NCBI GenBank assembly: GCA_963977015.1 | Contig: CAXBMO010000004.1 | Span: 32,001-96,000, forward strand | DNA length: 64,000 bases | Source: an uncultured bacterium | Lineage (GTDB): Bacteria; Verrucomicrobiota; Verrucomicrobiia; Verrucomicrobiales; DEV007 | Reading direction: 5' to 3' | Shown: positions 30,401-38,874 of the stretch, piece by piece | Layout: each line of letters starts with the position of its first letter | Position numbering within the stretch: position 1 is the stretch's first letter | Translations under genes and position numbers: made by a program | The notes under the pieces: generated by a model | Told to the model about the DNA's origin: nothing | Seen by the model: the letters and a program-made list of their open reading frames with translations, nothing else | The model's database searches: none

Positions 30401-31444
30401 CCGATCCGAATCAACGGCGAGGCGCTGCTCTTGGTGGAACAACCCGGCCATGGCATCAGCGGCCTGGTTCTTGGGGCCGAAACGATGTGGCTTGATGAAG
30501 AGACGCAGAAACTGAACTCACCGGATTTTCAATTCGACCTTGGGAATGGCCTGAGCCAAAAGGCGATCCGCCGCCCGATCGATCCCCCAACGATCGGGCC
30601 CGCAGAGACGACCTTTGCGGATTCAACCACGGTCACGATCAGCAGCGAAACGCCTGACGTTCAGATCGAATACATCGCGGAGACGATGGCCGATCAAGGC
30701 GTCAGCGACCAGATTGCCGGACCGCAGCGGAGCAGCGTGAATGCCGAAACCTGGCAGCCCTACGAAGGGCCGTTCCAGATCAAAGCAGACACCTTCATCC
30801 GGGCTCGCGCGCGACGAAACGGCGTCACGCAGATTCCGCAAGGCGCCGCCGGCATGGAAGTGAGCGCGATCAGCTACGGTTTTTTCAAGAAGCAGGCTCC
30901 GTTTCCCGCGATGGCGGAGGCGCCCGGCGAACTGTCACAAGGGTTGCGCTTTGATTATCTGGAAGACCGCTGGTTCGCCCTGTGGTCCTACGCCGATGTC
31001 CTGCCCGCGATCAAAACGGGAACGACAGACACCCTGCTGGACGTCAGCATGCGGGAGACCGAGCAAGAGTTCGGAGTTCGCTATCAAGGTTATCTGGAGA
31101 TTCCCGAAGATGGCGTCTACACCTTCTTTGGGCCGGAAGAATACGTCAATAACCTCTGCGAACCCGGCTATGACCTGCGCGTCTATATCGACGGCCAGGA
31201 ATGGGATCTGGGCCAGACGTGGCATGGGATCGGCCAATGGTCCGTGCCGCTCGAAAAAGGCCTGCATCGGTTCATGGTCACCTTTGCCGATGCCCGCGCC
31301 AAGGATCTGGAGAACCAGCGGATCGACCTCGCCTTCCACTATCCCTGGCCCGAGACGACCTGGCGTGGCGTCGCACCGATTCTGGAGATCTCCGGACCCG
31401 GGTTGGATCGTCAGGCTCTGCCGAATGAGTGGCTGAAACACTAA
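27443..31444 (+). CDS. Large secreted heparinase II/III-like protein with C-terminal chitobiase/FN3-associated and PA14 domains
   Basis: FNH and RDGSMVE in the helical part, PYTGLWYFRGGW at the start of the beta-sandwich, TVTISSETPDVQIEY..YEGPF, and YQGYLEIPEDGVYTF..LEKGLH (PA14). Confidence 0.62.
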   Translation: MRHLQRILTVIAVSLAFGSPPASAVEGRYVCFGNGLSPILGVAEFEVWSGDVNVVANRAEDFELLCLTGREPESNAAHLRNMVDGNKNTLERWPRTLERSADGMGYKDGALSLCAFEVDLKTSIPIDRIEFYRSRYMQDDKPFKLFQDLGWRYLLVLDEERRIVAWNTFNTYPDDWREREGHWTFIPEPAEGAPAGRVVPQGSLNWLSEAEFIRDFLGKPTIDLNENLSGEDRERLEQFERRNDPEEINKLGETFFRIVDLDRPGMKTVKSLVAERRYAEAFEAFKAPFFETVGVLKDVHGDFEYTWMSDPNSRSGMRARDLMNRVYGDKEDLTVKQFTPGLLPPGRLKFPFQMRPLLLQYASTGNVEALRMWESMTDDWALGYQDAADKDPKKLRDLFVLDGGTVMDNLLDLVNAASDNPGFVADVSGATLARFLMPILEEFPVAIWRVCRTGTFNHTYNAVPAGLLLSEAIMDFRAGQRLNREMREAFLRLFTYNMYRDGSMVEVGDEGHYMSVVVTPANLYGLYKKHGRPDWFTPAIETYFLDHYRANVLSHARNISPSGAHVRWSVSDNSVGPVELELGLRNLAYRKPSRADYYSELCRPVLTEPEPLAIIDTVYGRGREPFEIEPRASGQKSLTDFFNENTGDYAGPPKYRSDWMPYTGLWYFRGGWDHEDPMLHLVHPTMPNCMGGAGLYPVTNTYGQGAFNTTSYRFHDYASPLMTGLGVLVDGLPPCPEEGRAPSGSKQEVFTQAAEKPQFSRWYSDSELDFGEAIYRGNYRKVGAEFDHKLRKRVAYSSEEHVDGVTTTRQIFQVRPARLFLQVDRLRYASPEELHTQMLKNTMILIDPDEETEATIDQLKVDPEERRIVTENPGNAGVMVSLFGQPELDIEVNEREIGHQSFRRSPTITLGGYRKTKGREVKISWEAQGETILVSLLRGLRPDESPIAKTEDLSNDQVAAVRATMSDGVNVTLLVSRHESSELEAGPIRINGEALLLVEQPGHGISGLVLGAETMWLDEETQKLNSPDFQFDLGNGLSQKAIRRPIDPPTIGPAETTFADSTTVTISSETPDVQIEYIAETMADQGVSDQIAGPQRSSVNAETWQPYEGPFQIKADTFIRARARRNGVTQIPQGAAGMEVSAISYGFFKKQAPFPAMAEAPGELSQGLRFDYLEDRWFALWSYADVLPAIKTGTTDTLLDVSMRETEQEFGVRYQGYLEIPEDGVYTFFGPEEYVNNLCEPGYDLRVYIDGQEWDLGQTWHGIGQWSVPLEKGLHRFMVTFADARAKDLENQRIDLAFHYPWPETTWRGVAPILEISGPGLDRQALPNEWLKH

Positions 31445-31531
31445 CGCCAACCCCTCAGACTCCAACCAGTTCGCTGCACGCTTTGGTTCGCGGCATCGAT
31501 GTGAAGGGATTTGTTTGACGCTCGTTCAACC

Positions 31532-32830
31532 TCAACTCCCCTCCCCGCCCGTGGCGCGATAGCCTTTTTCCGGAAACGCCTGGCTGTTCATCGCCTCGCC
31601 GATCCCGTCCCAGTCTTCCGCCGGGCGGACGAAGTTTGGTTCTTCGGTCAGCTCGGTGGCCTCGAAATCCGCGCGTCCCCCGCTGGCCGTTCTGCGAAAT
31701 TTCTGCGCGGTGTTGGAAATCAGACAGTCGGTCAGGGTAATCGGCCCCTTGGCCCGGTCGTCGGTCATCGCCGCCACCTTCAGCGCGTGAAAGGTGCAGC
31801 GATTCGCGGTCACTGCCGGGCCATTGCTCCACAGCCCGGTCCCGGCCCAACCGGCAAAACAGTTTTCCAGCGAACCACCCGTCCAAATCCGGAAATTGCG
31901 CGAGTTGCGCAGAGCAACGCAGTCGATCAACTGCACTCCCGGGACTTTGAGGTCGAACCCGGCATCCTGATTGCGGATCGCGCGGCAACGCACGAATTTG
32001 ACATCGGCGGTATTGCCCTCCACCACGAAGCCGTCGCCATTCTTGTAACGGCCCTTCTGCAGGGGCATGAGGTTGTTCGCCGCCAGGCAATTTTCGAAGA
32101 CGAACGCCGTGTTGGGCGCGCCTCCGTTGTTGACGAAGAACCCAAACGGCAACAGCTCCGTTTTGGTTTCCCAATCGGCGTCGCCTTCCGAACAGTCGGC
32201 AACGCAATCTCGGACCGTGACGCGGTCGCAGCCTTCCTCAAAGCGAAAGGCGTGCTTGGTGTAGCGTTTCAAATCGCAGGCCTCCAACCGCAGATCATCG
32301 GCGTCTGAAACATAAAACCCGTGGCGAACGTAATCGACGTCCACGTCCTCGAAAACAACGTTCGAGCTGGCCGCCCCGCCGTCGCCTGCCGCCGAAATTC
32401 TGACGCCCGTCATGTAGCGGCGAAGGCGCAGCCCCTGGAAGATCACCTGCGAAACACCAGGCTCGATCCGAATGGCCGTCGCGCCCTTCGAGGGTTTGTC
32501 CTCTGACCAGGTTGATTCGAAAACCGGCAGGCCCTGACCGCGATCGACGCCGAGAATGCGCTTGGGACGTTGCTCCTCGCCGCCCTCGGAAATGGTCAGC
32601 CTCACATCGCGATAAACGCCGCCGCCGAGGTGCAGACTGTCGCCGGGTTGCAGCGTCTGGTTGACGATCTCCCCGATTTTCGCCGGTTTCAAAGCATGGT
32701 CCCAATCGCGACCGTCCCCGTCTCCGGCGCCTTCCGGCGTCATGAAATAATCCTTGGCCGAGACGGCCGCCGGGAAGGTCAGAAGGAGAAGCAGAGTGAC
32801 AAGTTTCGACATCATCGCTGAGCCTGTCAC
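31532..32830 (-). CDS. Secreted right-handed parallel beta-helix protein (pectate-lyase-like fold)
   Basis: YFMTPEGAGDGDGRDW, PGDSLHLGGGVY, NGDGF, NQDAGFDLK, repeated C..N ladders. Confidence 0.72.
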   Translation of the reverse strand: MTGSAMMSKLVTLLLLLTFPAAVSAKDYFMTPEGAGDGDGRDWDHALKPAKIGEIVNQTLQPGDSLHLGGGVYRDVRLTISEGGEEQRPKRILGVDRGQGLPVFESTWSEDKPSKGATAIRIEPGVSQVIFQGLRLRRYMTGVRISAAGDGGAASSNVVFEDVDVDYVRHGFYVSDADDLRLEACDLKRYTKHAFRFEEGCDRVTVRDCVADCSEGDADWETKTELLPFGFFVNNGGAPNTAFVFENCLAANNLMPLQKGRYKNGDGFVVEGNTADVKFVRCRAIRNQDAGFDLKVPGVQLIDCVALRNSRNFRIWTGGSLENCFAGWAGTGLWSNGPAVTANRCTFHALKVAAMTDDRAKGPITLTDCLISNTAQKFRRTASGGRADFEATELTEEPNFVRPAEDWDGIGEAMNSQAFPEKGYRATGGEGS

Positions 32831-32873
32831 AAGCGTGAAGATCGTTCAAGTACCAGTGCAACAGGGTGAACGC

Positions 32874-34274
32874 TCATTTTCCGCGTCCGGCCTCGAGCTT
32901 CGCCGCAAGCTCCCGGACGATCTCCGCGTAGGCGGGGTCGTCGGCCACGTTGACGTTTTCGCCCGGATCCGTTTCGTGATCGTAGAGCATGTGGCCGGCC
33001 ACCCGATTCTTCGCCTTGGCGTAAACCGTGTAGCGATAGCGGTCGGTGCGGATGGTGTCGCCATGGCCAAACCGGCTGATTGCGGCGTCCTTCACCGACG
33101 CGTTTTCCGGCTGCTGCAAAATCGGAACGAGCGAAGTGCCCTGGAGATGATCCGGCTTCGGAATTCCCGCGAGGTCGCAGAGCGTCGGATAGACGTCGAT
33201 GAATTCCGTCAACGCCGGCGTCGCCGCATTGTCGGCCAGCCCGCTGGATTTCGGCGCAGCGAAGAAGAGCGGAGCGCGGACCGAGGTCTCGAAGCAGCTA
33301 TGCTTACACCACAGGGTATGCTCGCCCAGGTTCCAGCCGTGGTCGCCCCACAGAACCACGATGGTGTTCTCCCCGAGCTCCAATTCGTCGAACGCAGCCA
33401 TGACCCGGCCAATGCAGGCGTCGGTGTAGCTCGTCGCCGCATAGTAGCCCCGGATCAATTCCCGCGCTTTCGCCTCCGGCAGAACGCCTTTCTTGGGAAT
33501 GTCCGAATAGGCCCGCAGTTCGCCGGAATTGTGGACCGCTCCCGGCGGCGCGTTTTTCGGCGGGAAGTAGTTGTCCGGCATTTGGATCGAATCGGCCGGA
33601 TACGGCTCGTAGTGGCGGCCCGGGGCGACGAAGGGCAGGTGCGGTTTGAAAAAGCCGACCGCGAGGAAAAACGGCTCGTCTTGGCCGGCCAGCTTATGCA
33701 GTTGGGCAATGGCCTGGTCCGCGGTTTTGCCGTCACCATAGAAATCGTCCGGAACCTCACCGCCGTTCTCCCAGGACGGCCCCCGCGAGCGGCCCTTGGC
33801 GTCCCTGACCCGGGCGGCGTTGGCTTCGTCCGTGGCGTAGGCCTGGGCCTGGGGCCGCCACGGCTTTTCCGACCAACCCTGAACGTTGTCGTCGGGGTGG
33901 TGAAAAATCTTGCCTAACGAAACGGTGTAATAGCTGTGATTCTTGAAATGGGTGTTCAGCGTGGTGACGCCCGGGGCGTCCTTGCTGGCCCGCGTCAGGT
34001 AACTCGTGAACCGGCTCGGGCTCGGCCGCAGCCCGCTCATCAGCGCGGCCCGCGAGGCTCCGCAGGTCGGCACCATGCAGTAGGCGCGCTCGAACCGGAC
34101 CCCGCGCCGCATCAGCGCGTCGACGTTCGGAGTCAGCATCTGTTTCGCGCCGAAGCTGGCCAGTTCCGGCCGGAGATCGTCCACCGCGAGAAAAAGGACG
34201 TTGGGTTTCTCTGCTGCGGCGATGGCGGAGAGACCGGCGAGCAGGATGCCGGCCAGGATTCGGGATGGGGTCAT
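32874..34274 (-). CDS. S1 sulfatase, iduronate-2-sulfatase-like
   Basis: KPNVLFLAVDDLRP, CGASR motif, GKIFH, GFFKPHLPF, WGDHGWNLGEH..WCKH. Confidence 0.92.
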   Translation of the reverse strand: MTPSRILAGILLAGLSAIAAAEKPNVLFLAVDDLRPELASFGAKQMLTPNVDALMRRGVRFERAYCMVPTCGASRAALMSGLRPSPSRFTSYLTRASKDAPGVTTLNTHFKNHSYYTVSLGKIFHHPDDNVQGWSEKPWRPQAQAYATDEANAARVRDAKGRSRGPSWENGGEVPDDFYGDGKTADQAIAQLHKLAGQDEPFFLAVGFFKPHLPFVAPGRHYEPYPADSIQMPDNYFPPKNAPPGAVHNSGELRAYSDIPKKGVLPEAKARELIRGYYAATSYTDACIGRVMAAFDELELGENTIVVLWGDHGWNLGEHTLWCKHSCFETSVRAPLFFAAPKSSGLADNAATPALTEFIDVYPTLCDLAGIPKPDHLQGTSLVPILQQPENASVKDAAISRFGHGDTIRTDRYRYTVYAKAKNRVAGHMLYDHETDPGENVNVADDPAYAEIVRELAAKLEAGRGK

Positions 34275-34450
34275 GGCTGAGGGATTTTTTGGGTCGATGG
34301 ACAGGAAAGACCCAGCATAGCCAGATTCATCCCTTCAGCCAGCGCCGGTTCACCGGGAAGGATCTGGCGTTGCGCATCTCCAGACAGCTCGCCGGTGGAA
34401 ACCGCCGGAAACCCTGCCAGGAATCTTCGATGGCGGGGCGGACGCCCAGC

Positions 34451-36388
34451 CTAATTGAGTTTCGGAGATCCGGGGACGCCTTCGCTCATGAGCTGCTTGA
34501 GTTCATCCAGATGACTGGTGTAGACATCCCTGGGCAAGCAGCCGTGTTCTTTCATGATGCCATTTGCCATGCCGATGACTTCGCCCATCATGCCGGTGGT
34601 TCTCATCACCCGAACGGTCCCGAGCGCCACATGGGAGACGCTGATGTTTCTTCCCGCCATCATGAGATTCGCCACGTTGCGCGAATAAAAGCAGCGGTAG
34701 GGAATCGGATACGGAGTGATCTCGAGGAGGTGAGCCGTGGATTGGAACGCATCGCAGGCGCAGACGGGATCCTTGGGGTAATGCAGGTCAATGGTCCAGG
34801 TGGTGGTCACCGATGCATCCGGATAGGGTTTGGCTTCGACGATATCCTGCTGCCTCAGGATGAAGTCCCCCATGAGCCGGCGGGACTCCCGCTTGCCGCC
34901 GATGTAGGCAACCCAATTGAGTTTTCTCTTCCCGTAACTTTTCCGCCATTCCGGATCGGGATTGTTCTTGAGAACGCTCCAGTTCCCAAAGACCACCCGC
35001 AGGGCGTAGTCACGAATTTCCTCGATCTGAGTCGCATGATTCAAGCGGGCGCCGGTTTCCCAGTCCCAGTCGCCCCGGATGGATTGGACACAGGTTTCGT
35101 TGGTAAAACCAATCGCCCACGGGGTTGCAGGAAAGCCTGATTCTTCAGCCGCTTCCTGCGTATTCCATTGCACCGAGGTTCCCATGACCAATTCGTCCTC
35201 AACCGAGGGAGCCAGATCCTCACCCGTTTGGTCTTTCGACTCCCGACCGATCCTGAAATCCGCGTTCGCGAGAAATCCGATATTGCCGTCGCCGGTACAG
35301 TCGGCAAAGATCTTGCCCCTCACCCGGATCTTTTCGCCGGTGCGGGTATTGCGCCCCATTACCGCCGTGATTTGGTCGCCTCCCATTTCAACGCCATTGG
35401 CGCGAGTGTTGAGAAAAAGGGTAATGTTCTTTTCGGCGAGAACCAACTTGAGCTTTTTCTCGTCCCCATAGTTCGAAGCAGGGCCGGCATTGTGGGTCTT
35501 CTTTTCCGGATATTTCCCGATGATCTGCTTCACCTCCCGGCTTCGCTCGAGCTCCGGTCGTTTGTTGGCATCCCAAAGAGTCCAGTGCCCGACAGGATCC
35601 AGCTGATCGACGAGATTTCCGAGTTCAGGATAGGGCTTCTGCCGGATCAGGCCTGACAAGCCGACCCGGACCTCCGAGCTGTTGTTCCCCCCCAAAACGG
35701 GGCGGTCCTGGATGAAGGCGACCTTGCAGCCATATCGGGCGGAAGAAATGGCGGCGCAAATCCCTGCCATCCCTCCACCAACGACCACAAGGTCAAATTC
35801 TCCCTGGTCCTGCACTTCCGTCTGATGCGGCAAAAGTCGCTCTCGCAGGACTTCAATCTCCTTAAGAGAATCGCCGGGTCGCTGATCAACCTTATCGGTT
35901 ACGAGAATCGCATCGCAACGGCCGTTGAAACCGGTGAGATCATGCAGGGCCAGCGTGTGTTCACCCGCGGCGAGATTGATGATTCCCCCATCCTGCCAGT
36001 GCCAATCTGCACCATGTTCGCCGAAGAGGGTTTCGAGAGGCTGGTTGTCGATTGCAAGATGGAAGATTCCCGGAGATCCCGTGGCTTTCATCGGCCCTTG
36101 GAATTGCTCACTCTTCCATTTCCCGACCCAGTCACGGGTGCGGACCCAAATCCGATGCTCGCCGCCTTTGCGGATGTGAATTTTGGTATGGGCATCCCTG
36201 ACTTGTTCCCCGAGTCCATGCGCCATGAGATAGGGGGAACCCATTTGGTCCATCGATTGTTGATCGACGACCCAACCTCCGATTTCGGTGAAACTTTCGG
36301 CGTCGATCAGTTGCTCGTCTGCTCGGGCGGGCGCCAGAAGTGCGCAAATAATCCCGGTGAATCCAATGATTGTGTTCTTCATGGCCAA
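34451..36388 (-). CDS. Secreted FAD-dependent oxidoreductase (FAD_oxidored/PF12831 type) with an N-terminal beta domain
   Basis: VVGGGMAG, LGGNNSSE, DCTGDG, GKRESRRLMGD, IPYRCFYSRNV.NLMMAGRNIS. Confidence 0.85.
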   Translation of the reverse strand: MAMKNTIIGFTGIICALLAPARADEQLIDAESFTEIGGWVVDQQSMDQMGSPYLMAHGLGEQVRDAHTKIHIRKGGEHRIWVRTRDWVGKWKSEQFQGPMKATGSPGIFHLAIDNQPLETLFGEHGADWHWQDGGIINLAAGEHTLALHDLTGFNGRCDAILVTDKVDQRPGDSLKEIEVLRERLLPHQTEVQDQGEFDLVVVGGGMAGICAAISSARYGCKVAFIQDRPVLGGNNSSEVRVGLSGLIRQKPYPELGNLVDQLDPVGHWTLWDANKRPELERSREVKQIIGKYPEKKTHNAGPASNYGDEKKLKLVLAEKNITLFLNTRANGVEMGGDQITAVMGRNTRTGEKIRVRGKIFADCTGDGNIGFLANADFRIGRESKDQTGEDLAPSVEDELVMGTSVQWNTQEAAEESGFPATPWAIGFTNETCVQSIRGDWDWETGARLNHATQIEEIRDYALRVVFGNWSVLKNNPDPEWRKSYGKRKLNWVAYIGGKRESRRLMGDFILRQQDIVEAKPYPDASVTTTWTIDLHYPKDPVCACDAFQSTAHLLEITPYPIPYRCFYSRNVANLMMAGRNISVSHVALGTVRVMRTTGMMGEVIGMANGIMKEHGCLPRDVYTSHLDELKQLMSEGVPGSPKLN

Positions 36389-36667
36389 GTTGGCGGTTGG
36401 GAATCTCTCCTATCTTTCAAAGCCATGGTTCACGCCGCAGACAACCCGATCGGGTTGAATGGCATCCATCGAAAGAATGAATAGAAGTAAGAAAGGGAGG
36501 TGATTTCGTTCCAGCTTATTTATTGACATGACCACTGGAGTCAAGCTCGACTTTTGCAGGTTACACCCTGCATCTATCGAAGTTGCGCAGTGTGTTTCCA
36601 AGCATGATCTCGCCAGCAACCATCGAATGGCTCAAGGAAAGCAGGAACAGAATCAGAAGCCTCGGTG

Positions 36668-37540
36668 TCATTTTCCTTCAGAATTCGAATGAAATTGGAG
36701 CCCCTTGATCCCGACTTGTTTGAACATCCCGGTCATGTCGTGGCCGATGTTTGGGATCGCTTCAAAGTCGCTCGACACGCCAAGGTCTAACAAAAAGGCA
36801 TGGAAAGCTTTTGCGCCTTCAAATCCCCGATCTTTTTCCCCAGAGACAATTCGCACCCTTGTTTGGCCAAGTTTCTCTACGTTTTCCCGGGCGATGGTCG
36901 CCACATGATCCGGCTTCAATTTCCCCTGAACACGGACTCCGCCAGGAGCGTAGGCGAGCACCGAGCTGAAGAGATTTGGATACGTAAACGCCAACGCCAG
37001 ACAACCTCCACCTCCCATCGACATTCCTCCGATCCACCTGTGTTCGCGGCCGGCGATGGTTCGATAGGTGGCGTCAATGTGAGGAATCAGATCCTTGATG
37101 ATCATGCTCTCGACTTTCATGTGTTGGGAATCCTTATAGCCCGAGTTCTTCATCGGATTCGGCCACACCAAGATCATGGGGAGAATGACCTCTTTCTCGA
37201 TCGCAGGCGTGAGATGCTCAGCCCACCGCTCTTGCTGACTATTTTCGTCATTCCCGCTGCCACCCAGAAAGTATTGGACGGGATAACGCTCCGAGCCGGT
37301 GTGATACCCGGGAGGCAGATAGATCGTGAAGCCGACTTCTACGTTGTTGGATTTGCTGAGGAACGAATGGTGCTCAACCCCCTGTCGATAGCGGCTTTCG
37401 GGGAGTGGATTATTCCAATCGCAGATGACTTCAATGTCCCGCAGGGGGACATTCTCTGTTTCCTCACCCAGGATTGGAGAGCAACTCAGAAGGGCGATAC
37501 CGAGTCCCCATCGGAAAAACCGTCTTTTTCTCGTGTTCAT
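36668..37540 (-). CDS. Alpha/beta-hydrolase esterase (CE1/putative esterase type)
   Basis: IYLPPGY...RYPV, DLIPHIDATYRT, GMSMGG nucleophile elbow, distal GH; signal peptide from ATG 37540. Confidence 0.85.
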   Translation of the reverse strand: MNTRKRRFFRWGLGIALLSCSPILGEETENVPLRDIEVICDWNNPLPESRYRQGVEHHSFLSKSNNVEVGFTIYLPPGYHTGSERYPVQYFLGGSGNDENSQQERWAEHLTPAIEKEVILPMILVWPNPMKNSGYKDSQHMKVESMIIKDLIPHIDATYRTIAGREHRWIGGMSMGGGGCLALAFTYPNLFSSVLAYAPGGVRVQGKLKPDHVATIARENVEKLGQTRVRIVSGEKDRGFEGAKAFHAFLLDLGVSSDFEAIPNIGHDMTGMFKQVGIKGLQFHSNSEGK

Positions 37541-37819
37541 ACTCGACTGACACTCCTGAGGAACGCTGGTTCTTCCTCTTAATCCTCTAAATGCGCAGTC
37601 AAAATTTTTAGTATCCCTGTTAGTTTTCGGATGATGCAGTAGGGTCGTCATGACCTTCGATGGGAAGGCGAGCCGGGTCTCTGTGAATGGAAAATTTGTC
37701 GCTGAAAAAGGCGATAATCCCTATCTGCTGAAAGGTGGGCTTTTCAAGGGTAAGACTGATTTCACGTTGGCGCGGTCGCGATTTCGCAACCGCGACCTTT
37801 CGTTGGAGTTCAATGACTC

Positions 37820-38845
37820 ATGAGACCTGCCATTTTCGCAGCAAGCCTGTCGCTGTTTTTCACCTCGATTCTTTTGGCTCAGTCTCCTCAGAGACTCGCC
37901 GACTACCTGACACAAAATCCCGATGCCGACACCAATGGCGACGGAGTTCTTTCGATAGAGGAAGCGAAAGCTCACCGAGGCATGAAGCGCAACCCGACGA
38001 CTGGAGACAACCTCGCGGCTCGAAGTGTCATTCCTGGCGCGAAAGTTTCCCTGACCGATTCCCCCATCGAGGAAGTCGCCCTTCGATCCGAAGACGGCGT
38101 CGATTTGAGTTTCGTATGGAGAAAACCGGCGGGAGATGGCCCCTTCCCTGCCATTATTTTTCTCCACGGCGGCGGAAATACGGCGTCCATGCAGGACCTT
38201 CGAACGAGCGTGAGATCGGAGCCTGTTCAGACTCGATTTCTGGAAAATGGCTACCTCATCGCCGCATCCACCCGGCGTCCCTTTTGGAAATCACGAGGCA
38301 AAGATCGCCCCTTCGGATTCGATGAAGCGGTTCAGGACACGAAATTGATTCTGGAAAAAATCCGCACCCTTCCTGAAGTCGATCCGAACAAAATTACACT
38401 TTACGGAGGCAGCGGCGGCGGGATCCTCGCAATCGGAACCGCAGCCGTTGACAACGAGGTCGCCGCCGTGATTGCTGGGGAACCGGCCACCGTGATTCCT
38501 CTCGATCCCCGGAGCAAAACCGGCGAAATCACCGGCTCGCGGGATTATGAAGCCTTGATGCAGGATCCCCTTCCTTTATACACCGCCGAAAGGCGCGAGG
38601 AAACACGCGCTTGGATGAACAAGATCGAATGTCCGGTTCTCATTCTGCAAGGGAAGCCCGTTCTTCTCTATAAAGTGAATTTCGAAATTCTGATTCCCGA
38701 AATGAAGGCTCTCGGAAAGGACATCTCCAGCATCACCTATCCGGGAATGGTCCACGGCTTTTACTGGGGAAAAACCAAAACCGGCGCGACTCTCGAAACC
38801 GTCGAAAAGGTAGTCGATGATTCGTTGCGATTTTTGGCACGATAG
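37820..38845 (+). CDS. Secreted alpha/beta hydrolase with an N-terminal EF-hand
   Basis: DTNGDGVLSIEE, GPFPAIIFLHGG, GGSGGG, YPGMVHGF. Confidence 0.8.
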   Translation: MRPAIFAASLSLFFTSILLAQSPQRLADYLTQNPDADTNGDGVLSIEEAKAHRGMKRNPTTGDNLAARSVIPGAKVSLTDSPIEEVALRSEDGVDLSFVWRKPAGDGPFPAIIFLHGGGNTASMQDLRTSVRSEPVQTRFLENGYLIAASTRRPFWKSRGKDRPFGFDEAVQDTKLILEKIRTLPEVDPNKITLYGGSGGGILAIGTAAVDNEVAAVIAGEPATVIPLDPRSKTGEITGSRDYEALMQDPLPLYTAERREETRAWMNKIECPVLILQGKPVLLYKVNFEILIPEMKALGKDISSITYPGMVHGFYWGKTKTGATLETVEKVVDDSLRFLAR

Positions 38846-38874
38846 TTTTGGCTCCCAGCGGGATAACCTCGCTC

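Noticed and set aside
28466-30451. 661-aa antisense ORF
   Set aside because: It shadows the heparinase-like gene and has no motifs; long antisense frames are expected with GC-rich codon bias.
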